Shown here piece by piece: positions 38,900 through 49,960 of a DNA stretch of 64,000 nt. The position numbers and the translations under genes are program-made. This DNA is from Eledone cirrhosa (lineage: Eukaryota), in contig OZ024740.1 in NCBI GenBank assembly GCA_964016885.1, forward strand, positions 99,634,001-99,698,000. Direction: 5' to 3'. The notes below the pieces were generated by a model. The model did no database searches and had not been told where the DNA came from. It saw only the letters and a list, made by a program, of their open reading frames with translations. Position 1 is the first letter of the stretch. Every line of letters begins with the position of its first letter.

Positions 38900-39296
38900 T
38901 GTGTGTCTGATGGTAGCTAAGATGCTTCCATAGGTGGTATGGCGGTTGAGCACTCTATGCTCCTACAGAGCAGAGTATGATATAATAGAAAACGAAAAAT
39001 CAGTGATACATCTGAACTCAATTTATTGTGTGTTACAATTGTTTCACCAGCGGACAGCTCGAGACGTGGTCATTGTGTGGATCTTCTGATTCTGGACCCG
39101 CAGGTTCGATGGACACATCTGATGATTTCAGAGCATATTCTCCGAAATCATTAGACGTGTCCGTCGAAACTGTGGGTCCAGTATCAGACAGATCCACACA
39201 AGGATCACATCTCGAGCTGTCCGCCGGCGAAACAATTGTAACACACAATAAATTGAGTTCAGATGTATCACTGATTTTTCGTTTTCTATTATATAT
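38900..39296. mobile_element. Head-to-head pLTR-like element forming a ~315-bp palindrome (38980-39296)
   Basis: Arms mirror around ~39137. Each arm has GTGT-CCRTCGA..~60 nt..GAAA-CAATTG-TA-ACAC-AATAAA. Homologous to 12140-12375. Confidence 0.85.
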
Positions 39297-39302
39297 ATAT
39301 AG

Positions 39303-40266
39303 ATAAATGGAACAGAATGAAACGAAATTTCACCTCTCGCTCCCAGTACGGCACCCACATAAATGCAAGTATGCATGTATGTATACGTACATACATATAT
39401 GTATACAGACGTACAGTAGTATGTATATATATACATACATGCACATATATATATATGCACGTATCGGTTTACCAAACATTTATTATAATGCTCGGTTTGT
39501 TTGTTTGTAAACAAACAAACAGCCCGAATTACGCCGTACAATGTTTAGGCAATCACGTCACCTTCTTGTTCAACACTTACACAGGAACGATGTACTAGTT
39601 TCAAGCTTATTAGGTATCGTCAGCACCGTATACCTTCCTGCGAGATGGTTGAAGGTCTGAAAGTATATACTTTCCTTATGCAGATTAACGGCTGAGCAGC
39701 CCAACTTGCATATCGAGTGAGTTCAGTCGGCCGGGCACACCGAAAACGATAAATAGAACATATATACATACTACTGTACGTCTGTATACATATATGTATG
39801 TACGTATACATACATGCATACTTGCATTTAAGTGGGTGCCGTACGGGGAGTGAGAGGTGAAATTTCGTTTTATTCTGTTCCATTTATCGTTTTCGGTGTG
39901 ACTGGCCGACTGAACTCACTCGATATGCAAATTGGGCTGCTCAGCCGTTAATATGCATAAGGAAAGTATATACTTTCAGACCTTCAACCATCTGGCAGGA
40001 AGGTATACGATGCTGACTATACCTAATAAGCTTGAAACTACTACATCGTTCCTGTGTCAGTGTTGAACAAGAAGGTGGCGTGGTTGCCTAAACACTGTAC
40101 GGCGTAATTCGGGCTGTTTGTTTGTTTACAAACAAACCGAGCATTATAATAAATGTTCGGTAAACCGATACGTGCATATATATATGTGTGCATGTATCTA
40201 TATATATATATACATACTACTGTACGTCTGTATACATATATGTATGTACGTATACATACATGCATA
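39303..40266. mobile_element. Retrozyme/pLTR-like ~445-bp unit in two inverted, circularly permuted copies, each with a minimal hammerhead
   Basis: Unit 39303-39749 restarts at 39750 (ATAAAT.GAACA). 39761-40266 is an inverted 1.1-mer in a different phase. Hammerheads at 39587-39629 (-) and 40007-40049 (+). Confidence 0.8.
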
Positions 40267-40309
40267 TATATAGATAGATATATAGATATATAGATAACAT
40301 ATATATTAT

Positions 40310-40452
40310 TTAGTTCAGAAATAGCCATTGAAACGGCTTGAGCTCTGACGTCGGAGTCATACTTTTTCCTATTATCCACTCTACTACCCTAAGTATTGAG
40401 TACTCTGGTGCGTTATGGTCCATCTGGTTCCTTACCACAATTCCTTCGTTGT
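40310..40452 (+). mobile_element. Longest copy of the (TA)n-associated terminal repeat family
   Basis: Colinear version of the two pieces at 26026-26168, ending at a TA tract. Confidence 0.75.
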
Positions 40453-40739
40453 ATATATATATATATATAAAACTATGCAAAAATATATAGAAATGTGTAG
40501 TTATATGTCTATGTATATAGAAGTGTGTATATATATATATGCATATATATTCATATATGTATATGAGTGAGTGAGTGTATGTGTGTGTGCATGTGTCTGT
40601 GTGTGTGTACAGAATTCTTAATTTGTATCAGGGTGGATAGTTTTGTGTGAAAAAACAGTGTTTTTCTATGCAATGGGGACTACATTGAAAATGCCTTGAA
40701 GGAAAAAAGGAGGGATTTCATGAAGGAACAGCAATCAGA

Positions 40740-40820
<81 letters not shown>
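40740..40820. repeat. (AAT)n microsatellite
   Basis: Read directly from the sequence. Confidence 0.98.
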
Positions 40821-40821
<1 letters not shown>

Positions 40822-41366
40822 TGAATAATATAGAAAAGAATCATATAATGATCAAAGAAATAAAATGATGATGGAGCATGTAGAAGAGTTACAAGTTGTT
40901 CGATGGAAGAGTCTCATGAAAGATGTGTTCTGATTAGTAAAAAAGACATTTAGAAATAGCCTGAGGGAATGGAGAACATTTGCTTGAATAAAAAATTCAA
41001 AATAAAAATATAAAGGAAAATCAGACTACATGGCCTCACTCTTGCATATGCGTGCATACACACTCATACGAACAGCATACGTTCATACATGTAAACATAT
41101 ACACTCATATACATGTATATACAGATGTACATACGTATGAAAACACTGTCATTTTCTCTTGAATAAACACATATATATCTCTATCTGTCTCTCTCTTGCT
41201 ATATATATATATACATATATATATATATACATACTTGCACACAATCTCTTTTTCATGATATACATGCATACTACTCACAGATATACAGGTACACATGTGC
41301 ATGCTCTATTTTGCTAAAGATAAACAAAAGGGTTTGTTGTTATAATACAGAATCCATATATATATA

Positions 41367-41880
41367 TCATCATTACAATCACCATTTAATGTCTATTTTT
41401 TCATACTAGCATAGGTTAGACAAGTTGTACTTTTGTGAGAAATGTCGGGTCAGATGACCATATCTTGCACATACAGACCAGATTTTGGCTTGGTATCTAC
41501 AGCTGGAAGCCCTTCCTAACACCAACCACATTTACAGTGAGTACTGACTGCCTTTTGTCATGACACCTACATGGCCACTTCGCAGTGTGGGCTGGGTGTA
41601 TTTTGTCATGACACCTACACAACCACTTTACAGTGTAGCCTCTTTTTTTTCATGTCACCATCGCGACCACTTTAAAGTGTAGGCTGGGCGATTTTGGTGT
41701 GTCACCATCACAACCACTTTACAGTGTAGGCTGGGGACGTTGGTTAGAGAGGTGTGTGGGGATTGGGGAGAAGTTTATTTGGGCATGTACGAGAGGCAGA
41801 GTGTTAGGATTTGGAGGTATGTGGAAGGGGCTTGGAGCTCACTAGATGTATGCTTCAGCCTGTGCTCATGGGAGGTGAAT
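41367..41880 (-). mobile_element. RTE LINE 3' end with ~5 internal repeats
   Basis: CTACAGCTGGAAGCCCTTCCTAACACCAACC and repeated CCACTTTACAGTGT units. Confidence 0.85.
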
Positions 41881-43144
41881 GTAGGAGTATGGTGGGGTGG
41901 AGGTGAATGCTGTGTATACTATATTTATGATCACCCTGTGCTCATGAGAAGGCAGGTCTCACAAAATATTAACGTACACACATTTACATGTGCACATACA
42001 CACATTACTAAGCCAAAAGAAAATATCCATTCAAACATATTCAGTGTAGCATATTAAAAATGCCTAGATATGCCAGTTCAAAATAAACGAATACATCAAT
42101 CACACATGATATACTTGACTATGACTCACACCCATTATTATTATCATTGTTTAACTATAGTAGCAGGTGGCCACTCTCTTCCACTAACTGTAGCTTTCAT
42201 AATCAGTTGTGGTCTCTGATTAACCGTGGCTATTGGAGGGATTTGAGTACTTACATGGAATTTGAACTCAGAATGAAAAATTCCAGAGTAGATGTCACAA
42301 AGCATTTCATTTCACACACTAGCAATTCAACTGATCTAACACCATGGCTGATACTAATTTATTGAACTCCCCAAAATAAAAGAAAAAGTTGACTGTAGCC
42401 CGATTTGAACTCAGTGCACAGAGAGCTGGGGCAAATACCAGAAGATATTATATCCAGTGCTCTATTGAATTTGCGAAGTTGCTTAAAATATAAAATCGTA
42501 CCATATAACGTATAGCCTACATATTTATCACAAATATATGCAAAGAGCACTATACAACACACACAGCATCACACTAAATATATATATATTATCACATTTC
42601 TAAACACACATACAAACCATAATATTAAACATACATAACATTAGAAAATAAGCATGGCACATAACTAAAATACAACCAGGTGGTGCTGCCAAAATGAGCT
42701 AGTACAGCCTGTAAAATGTTTGATATTAAGAAGATCTCCAACTGTAGAAATGATGTCAAAAATGGAATGTATGATCAAGATGGGGTTCTCCAACATGTCT
42801 AGTCCTGGACTACTACAACCTCTCCAACCAATATAAATAGGTAAAACTGATGGAAAGCAATGATGATGAGAATGACAAAGACAGCACAGTACCACATTAA
42901 ACACACACTTGCACACACGTTATATAAGTATAAATAAAAATGAGATAAAATGTGTGTATTGAATCATCCATTATGGAGAAGTGATATATATAAATACTTG
43001 CTTTATGTTTTTGTTTGATAAATACACAAAACATTAACAGAATTAAGGACTTATACACTGTGTATAAAGTCAATATGATATTTATTATTAGTAGGATTGT
43101 TTATTATGAAACTTTTAAGTAAACATACACACATATATATATAT

Positions 43145-43376
43145 CCCAGTCCACACTATAAAGTGGTCATGTAGGCATCACAACAAAAAGCACCCAGTAC
43201 TCACTGTAAATGATGTTGGCATTAGGAAGGGCATGCAGCTGTAGAAACCAAGCCACAATCAGTTCTGTATAAGCAATGAATGGTCACCTGACCTAGCATT
43301 GCCCACAACAGCACAACCCGTCTAACCCATGCTAGCATAGATGAATGGACATAAAACAACAGTGATGATGATGATA
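43145..43376 (+). mobile_element. RTE LINE 3' UTR copy
   Basis: Matches 36305-36588, with (GAT)n tail. Confidence 0.88.
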
Positions 43377-43392
43377 ATATATATATATATAT

Positions 43393-43845
43393 ACTCAATA
43401 AAACACCAGAGCCAAAGAAATGTAACAACTTTAGCAGAAAAAGCTTGGACGCTCAGGGATAGCAATCAAATGTTTACCCTAAAATGGGAAAAATTAGCTA
43501 AAACCCAAAGCTTTTCCAGGAGCCAAAATTTCTGCAAATTGTGTAATCTTGAGATTTATTACATAATCACACACAAGAAGAAACTGCTGAATAACAGAAT
43601 TGAACGAACATTATTCTGCCGTCACAGAACTAAAACCCTTTTTTCCCACTACAAGCCGAATATTACATAAAAGAGGGACATCCCCCAACTATATAAACCT
43701 TAATCTAGTTAGAAAAATATAAAAACAATCTCTTCTCAACATATATTAATAACCTTAAATTACCATACTAATAATGAAAAGATATGCTGATGAGAGTAGG
43801 TACAAATATGCGATAATGAATGTGTCTAAAAACGTCCATAAGTAT
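43393..43845 (+). mobile_element. Penelope-like element 3' end: endonuclease C-terminus plus eroded hammerhead (43783-43840)
   Basis: TTLAEKAWTL...LKWE...CKLCNLEIYYII...LLNNRIE...CRHRTK, then TATG-CTGATGA-GAG-TAGGTACA..TGTGTCTA-AAAACGTC-CATA. Confidence 0.8.
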
Positions 43846-43975
43846 GTATATATATGTGAAAATGTATATAAATAAGTAAATATATATATATGTTTGATGT
43901 GTATAGTTAGATGTAAGTGTATTCATGTATTAAAGTGCTTATATATATATATATATATGTGTGTATATGTATATA

Positions 43976-44036
<61 letters not shown>

Positions 44037-44624
44037 GTGTATATATATATATATATATGTGTATGTATGTATGTGTATATGGATGTGTATGTATGTGTAT
44101 GTGTGTACACATGGACTAGAGTATGTATGTATATATGTGTGTGTCTATACGTGTGTATATAAAGATAAGTTGAGTATGAGAATGTATACACATGAGCGCG
44201 TATGTATGTACATGAATACATGTGTGTATATATATGTGTATGCATGTGTACATATATGTAAGTATGAATATGTGAATTGTGAGTATATGTATTTTGTAGA
44301 GGTGTGCAAATATATTTGTGTATGAATGCGTGGGTGAAAGGATACGTACACTTGAAAGAAAAATTTAAGTCTGAATGTTAATTAAGTGCAAACACAAAAC
44401 CAACCACGCATATCTTTACTATCTCTAATCCTTCTATAGATTTAGAAAAATAACCAATAATATATTCTATAAAAAATGTCAAAACAACAGATGGGAATCT
44501 GATTACTCACTGCCACCAAGAATTCTCACTGCTATCGAAAAACCACTCCTTCAACTATTCTTCTAACAACTTCACCCCTCCCTCCTAATATTCTCTATAA
44601 AAACTAAATAGGTCCTCAGTAATA

Positions 44625-44741
44625 TTATTCTGATGAAATGACAGTAAATAATAACATTGAAATATTGAATGTCTGCATAACTAAAAGTTTGTAGATAGCT
44701 GTTTTAGGTTATGTAACTGTTATAGAAACACGTGTCAATAA
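44625..44741 (+). ncRNA. Type I hammerhead ribozyme motif with canonical core and ~88-nt stem II
   Basis: TTATT-CTGATGA-A-ATGACAGT..ACTGTTAT-A-GAAA-CACGTG-TC-AATAA. All core nucleotides are intact, with a GUC triplet. Confidence 0.8.
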
Positions 44742-44888
44742 ATTCCTTTCAACTAAACTGTATCCATTCAAATCTTTCTATTTTTCTCCGGATTACTTTT
44801 GGAACTACAACTGGAACCGTCGAGCAAACTCTACGTGAGCTGATAATCTACTGTGTGTAATATTTATATTACAACACAACGGAAAATA

Positions 44889-44928
<40 letters not shown>

Positions 44929-44949
44929 TTTGTGTATTTATCAAACAAA

Positions 44950-44977
<28 letters not shown>

Positions 44978-44983
<6 letters not shown>

Positions 44984-46280
44984 GCTGATCTAACGCTCAT
45001 AGCTGAATCAATGGCGGAACTAGAGAAGAAATTCCAAACATGGAAGCATGGCCTAGAATCAAAAGGCCTTAAAGTTCTAGTTTGTAGGAATCAAAATAGG
45101 GCACCGGTCCCATCTGGGAAATGGCGATGCTCAGTGTGTAGGAAAGGAGTAGGCAGAAACTCCATTTTATGTCCCAAATGCAAAGTATGGGTGCATAAAA
45201 GATGTAGTGGGATCACAGGTAAGCTAACTAAGAACATAGATTTTATATGTGGCCAGTGCTCTGGTACAATATGTAGAAGCAAGTGCCCACAGAATACTAG
45301 CTCATTCCATTGCACAGATGGTTCTATAGAAATAGTGGACAGCTTCCGTTAACTGGGTGACAAAATCAGCAGTGGGGGAGGGTGCTCTGAAAGTACAGTA
45401 GCTAGAGTCAGAACTGGATGGAAAAAGTTCAGAGAGCTTATACCACTAATGGCCGATAAAGGGTTCTCTCTAAAAATGACAGGCAGGCTGTATGATGCCT
45501 GCATACGAACAGCAATGTTACATGGCAGTGAGACCTGGGCATTGTGTGCAGAGGATATACGCAGACTGGAGAGGAACGAAGCTTGCATGCTCCACTGGAT
45601 GTGTAATAGTAATATACATGAACGGCAAAGCATAAACAAACTAAGGGAGAAATTAGGAATAAGAGGGATCAGATGTTGTTTACTCGAGAGAAGACTACGT
45701 TGGTACGGTCACGTGATGTGCATGAAAGATGACAGCTGTATAAAAAAGTGCAGGGCAATAAAAATAGACGGTAGCCACGGAGTAGGCAGACCCAGAAAAA
45801 CCTGGGACGACTTGATAAATTCCGACCTCACACACTTACACCTCTCCAAGACAATGTCACTGGACCGAGATCTTTGGCTCTACACAGTTATGCAGAAGAC
45901 CCGCCTTGCCTAAATACAAAGCGAAACCTACAGTTAGTAGGCACCTCTAACAAAATATACCCCCGTCCCACTACCCCTACCCCATCCAAACCACCCCCTA
46001 AAATGTGAAATTATGTTGGTACCACAACATCTAGTCCCAAACAAATGAGGTCGTGTAGGTGTCACGACAAAAAAACACATAGGTAACACGGTAAAAACCT
46101 CCCAGTCCACACTGTAAACGTGGTTGGTGTTAGGAAGGGCATCCAGCCACAGAAAACCTGCCAGACAGTCCTGAGCAAGACAACCAATCTTGCCTCAAGC
46201 GGGACAATTCCCATCTAGACCCATGCTAGCGTGGAAAATGGACGTTAAACAATGATGGTGATTATGATGATGATGATGAT
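44978..46280 (+). mobile_element. 5'-truncated RTE LINE with PHD finger (second subfamily)
   Basis: Starts in (TA)n at YAADL. Contains WRCSVCRKGVGRNSILCPKCKVWVHKRC...CGQC, one stop at 45350-45352, C-terminal ORF 45449..45913, a 3' UTR and a (GAT)n tail. Confidence 0.95.
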
Positions 46281-47449
46281 ATATATATATATATGTATGT
46301 ATGTATGTGCATAAATATATATGCATACATTTTACCACTTCAGTTGTTTCACAGCTTGTGAGGAGCTATTTTTATCATTCTCTCTTGCCTTCCACTATCC
46401 AAGACAGTATCCGTTCTGGCCAAATCACACAACATTCAACATTTGAGTTTGTGTCCCAACTCTACCTTAATTACGTGTGTGTGTGTGTGTGTGTGCATGT
46501 ATGATTGTGTTGTCACATCCCGAAAGAGTACTCCATTAAACACACACACATATATATATATATATAGAGATTTTATACATCCTGGTGCCATATGTATCCC
46601 AGTTTTTAGAATAGATAAATCATATGCCAAAGTGCAATATGGGCAACCAAAACCTTGTCTCACATTCTCTTCACTCAATGCTAACATGGAAAAAGGAAGT
46701 AAAATGATGACGATTATGATAATGTTATTGCTTTACTAAACATGTGCATACTCATAAACCATATCACTAAACACACATTACACATGATGCACTTGACAAA
46801 ATATAGTGAACATGATAAAATATACACATCCATAGTGAATTACTAAACATAAACATAATCAACATCATTAAAACCCACACACGCAACATATATTGCAACA
46901 CTATATTCATGCCCATGTATATTAGTGTCACACTAAACTCACATATTTCATGTCCCTTATATATGTCCACACTAAACATATATGAACTACTGTAAACAAC
47001 CAGAGCTTATATAGAACAAACACTTAACATTCTGCCAGCATCTTTCTTTTTCCACACACAGATACACACATACATCAGACCAAATATGAACTCTAGCAGA
47101 ATGCATGCAACACAAGCAAATGTATCCATAGTTTTTAGTTAGCAACATTTGATTGCATTATCTACGATGGTGAAGCAGAAAACATGGAAGAAAATAACAA
47201 AAGAATGATGTAATATATCTTTTACTCCTCCTCTCACAAGGCAATTTCTAAATCCTGCTTAAAACACATGTTTAATACCCATGCAGTATTCTTTAGTGTT
47301 ATTTATTTCATTTCAATTTATTTACTTTTACTTTTACTTTTACACCCCCTGGGAGTATCTCTCACCACCATAATTCCCTGTGGTTAGATACACTTTGCTT
47401 CTTGAAAATCACACACACACATATGTATATATATATATGTAAGTTAGTT

Positions 47450-47640
47450 AAGTGTGTAACTACAGCTACAGGCAGTGTCCTGTTCGAAGCACTCAATGCT
47501 GTCACAAATTCGATCACATATTGGGTTGTATTCCAGAGGTAAGGCAACTGTAGTGTGCAGAGTGTAAATAAAGTTAATAGGATCGAATACACTGTTGCAG
47601 CATATATTTAAACTTTATTGGCATATTACAATCGTTTTAA
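47450..47640 (-). mobile_element. Third member of the 12140/38900 pLTR-like family (fragment)
   Basis: TTTATTGGCATATTACAATCGTTT and AGCACTCAATGCT match the reverse complement of 12228-12330. Confidence 0.5.
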
Positions 47641-47663
47641 TGTATATATAGCTGGATATTCTG

Positions 47664-47737
<74 letters not shown>

Positions 47738-49439
47738 CAGAATACCCAACTTTGTCTAGGCTGAAAATAGTGATGAATATACAAGACTTGCTCTTAATTA
47801 AGGTCTATTCACTATAATGGAAGTCTACCGTATTCCTTTTAAAAGGTTAGTGGATACGTCAGCAATTTTTTTTTCGGAATGCTTGTAGCATTCCTGTGTC
47901 TTATGCACTTTGTTAAAGATTCATACTCAGCATGGATAGTACATTTCATAATTCAATTGTGTAAATGTTAAAAAACTGCATATTCAATAAGAACATAGGA
48001 TTGAGTAAATTGAAAATAGATACAATTAATTTAAAACTATTAATGAAATTAATATTTTACTATTTTTCCTGAAATACTTTAATCCTTAAATGAATTTTAG
48101 AAATTAATAAGGACTAGTGTGTGGAGCGGGAAAACCACGAATTGTAATATAAGCATTCTAATAATGTCTGGAAACCCGAGTGCCTAGAGTTAACACCCAT
48201 TGAAATATTGAAATTGGCCAGGAGCAATACCTGAAAGTATAAAGAAATGACATTAAGAATTGCAATAAATCCCAGCCTTAAAATATTAGATATGTAAACA
48301 TCATAACCTAAGGAATTCTGAACATTGTCATGACATTACCCCAGGATGTATGAGATTTTTTATTTTTATCAGTATGAGCGTAATTAAAAAGAATTGAGGT
48401 GGGGTTGCTTCCAAATAGTGTCCATAAGCAGAGCAGGATTCCTGCTCATCTGTTTCTGCTGCCCTCAGAACTGACTTGATTAAATAGAATTGAAATTGAA
48501 AATTAAAAATAAATGAAATTCAAATATAAATAATTTTGAATCCTGAGCACTGAATATCTAATTTGATTTACAGAAGATATCAGTGGATAAGTGTACAGAT
48601 CAAAAGTTAAGATTAACTGAAAATAGAGGAGATAGATTGAGTGGGAGGTACAGAAAACATAAGAAAAATGAATGAGAAAGGGAGGATGAAGCAGGAGAGT
48701 GGACATATGAATAGCATGAGACAAAAAGTGTTAGCGGGAGAAGCTAAAATGATGCTGAAGGTATGTGGGCATCGTAATTATGATACAGTTTTTCTGTGAC
48801 ATTAATGATGCTTTCATATTGCCAGGGTCAATAAAATAAATACCTGTCAAGTACAGCTCAATATGATTAACTGTTCCATACTACCAACATTTTCTGCTGA
48901 ATGCCAATGCAAAAAACAGTTTTAAGTTAAAGTGAAACAAAACATACAGGCTGACAGTTAAAGAAAAATGGAAAATATAAGTTACAGAGTGTAGGAAATG
49001 GAAAATAAGAAAGAAAGAGTAGTGACAAAGAATAAATGATAGGAAAAATGTGTGTTTGTGATAAAGATTGGAGAGTAACAGATGGAAATAGTAAGAGAAT
49101 GAGAGTAGGCTAGGAGGTAAATTAATAAAACACAGATTTAGCAATGTGGCGCTAGTGAAGATGCAGGTGATAGCTATATAAAAAAGAAAGACGTGGAGAT
49201 GAAAACATGATGAGTAGTAAGAAAAAGAAATATTGCATTTTGGAAAATGAAACATTTAGAAATATCTCATAGATTACAGCTATAATTTTGAGGAATTCTT
49301 AATAAACTTAAAAACAAAATGTTAATCAGTTAACCAGAGATTTATTACAATGTATATTAAGCTTAATGTTTCAAGTAAGGGTTAATTCATAATTTATGTT
49401 CATGTAATAATGACAAATTCATCCAGAGCAAACAGAAGT

Positions 49440-49960
49440 TCCTATGTCTGATTTAATCTCCTCTGTAATGCCTTCAAGGATAAACAAAGATTGCATTCAA
49501 ATTCATCATTGTACTCAATGCCAACTCTCACTGCACTGCCTGTATCTCTATACATGGCTTGCACGGCCCTCACAAGTCATTCATTTAAACCTAACTACCT
49601 TATTTCTCACCAGGTTACAAAGCAGAGAGCTCTGTCAAAAGCCTTCTCTACATCCACAAATGCCAGTTACAGTGGCTTATTTTTAGTCAAGTATTTCTGC
49701 AGTTGTTTCACTAGAAAAAGAGAAAATGGTAGCACCATTACATGATATAAAGCTGAACTGCATCTCATGTAACTGAATTCTGTCTCTAATTAGTCATGCT
49801 ATATACTTTTGAGTATTTTTTTAAACCTGGCTGATCAACTAGATGTCTCTATTGTTACCTCTCTCTAGTGAGTTTCCCTTACACTTGTAATTGTTCACAA
49901 TGATACTGCTGCACCAGTCATTTGGTATGACACAATCTTGTACACCTTGATAAAGAGATG
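49440..49960 (-). mobile_element. Old RTE RT fragment
   Basis: DWCSSIIVNNYKCKG, QLQKYLTKNKPL*LAFVDVEKAFDRA and WLVRAVQAMYRD align to the main ORF. Confidence 0.85.

Noticed and set aside
39115-39160. CTGATGA...GAAA at the centre of the 39-kb palindrome resembling a hammerhead
   Set aside because: The GAAA is simply the palindromic partner of TTTC, and CTGATGA pairs with TCATTAG. No stem III or cleavage triplet geometry is present.
39028-39306. Overlapping ORFs on both strands with similar peptides
   Set aside because: A consequence of the palindrome, with no domain evidence.
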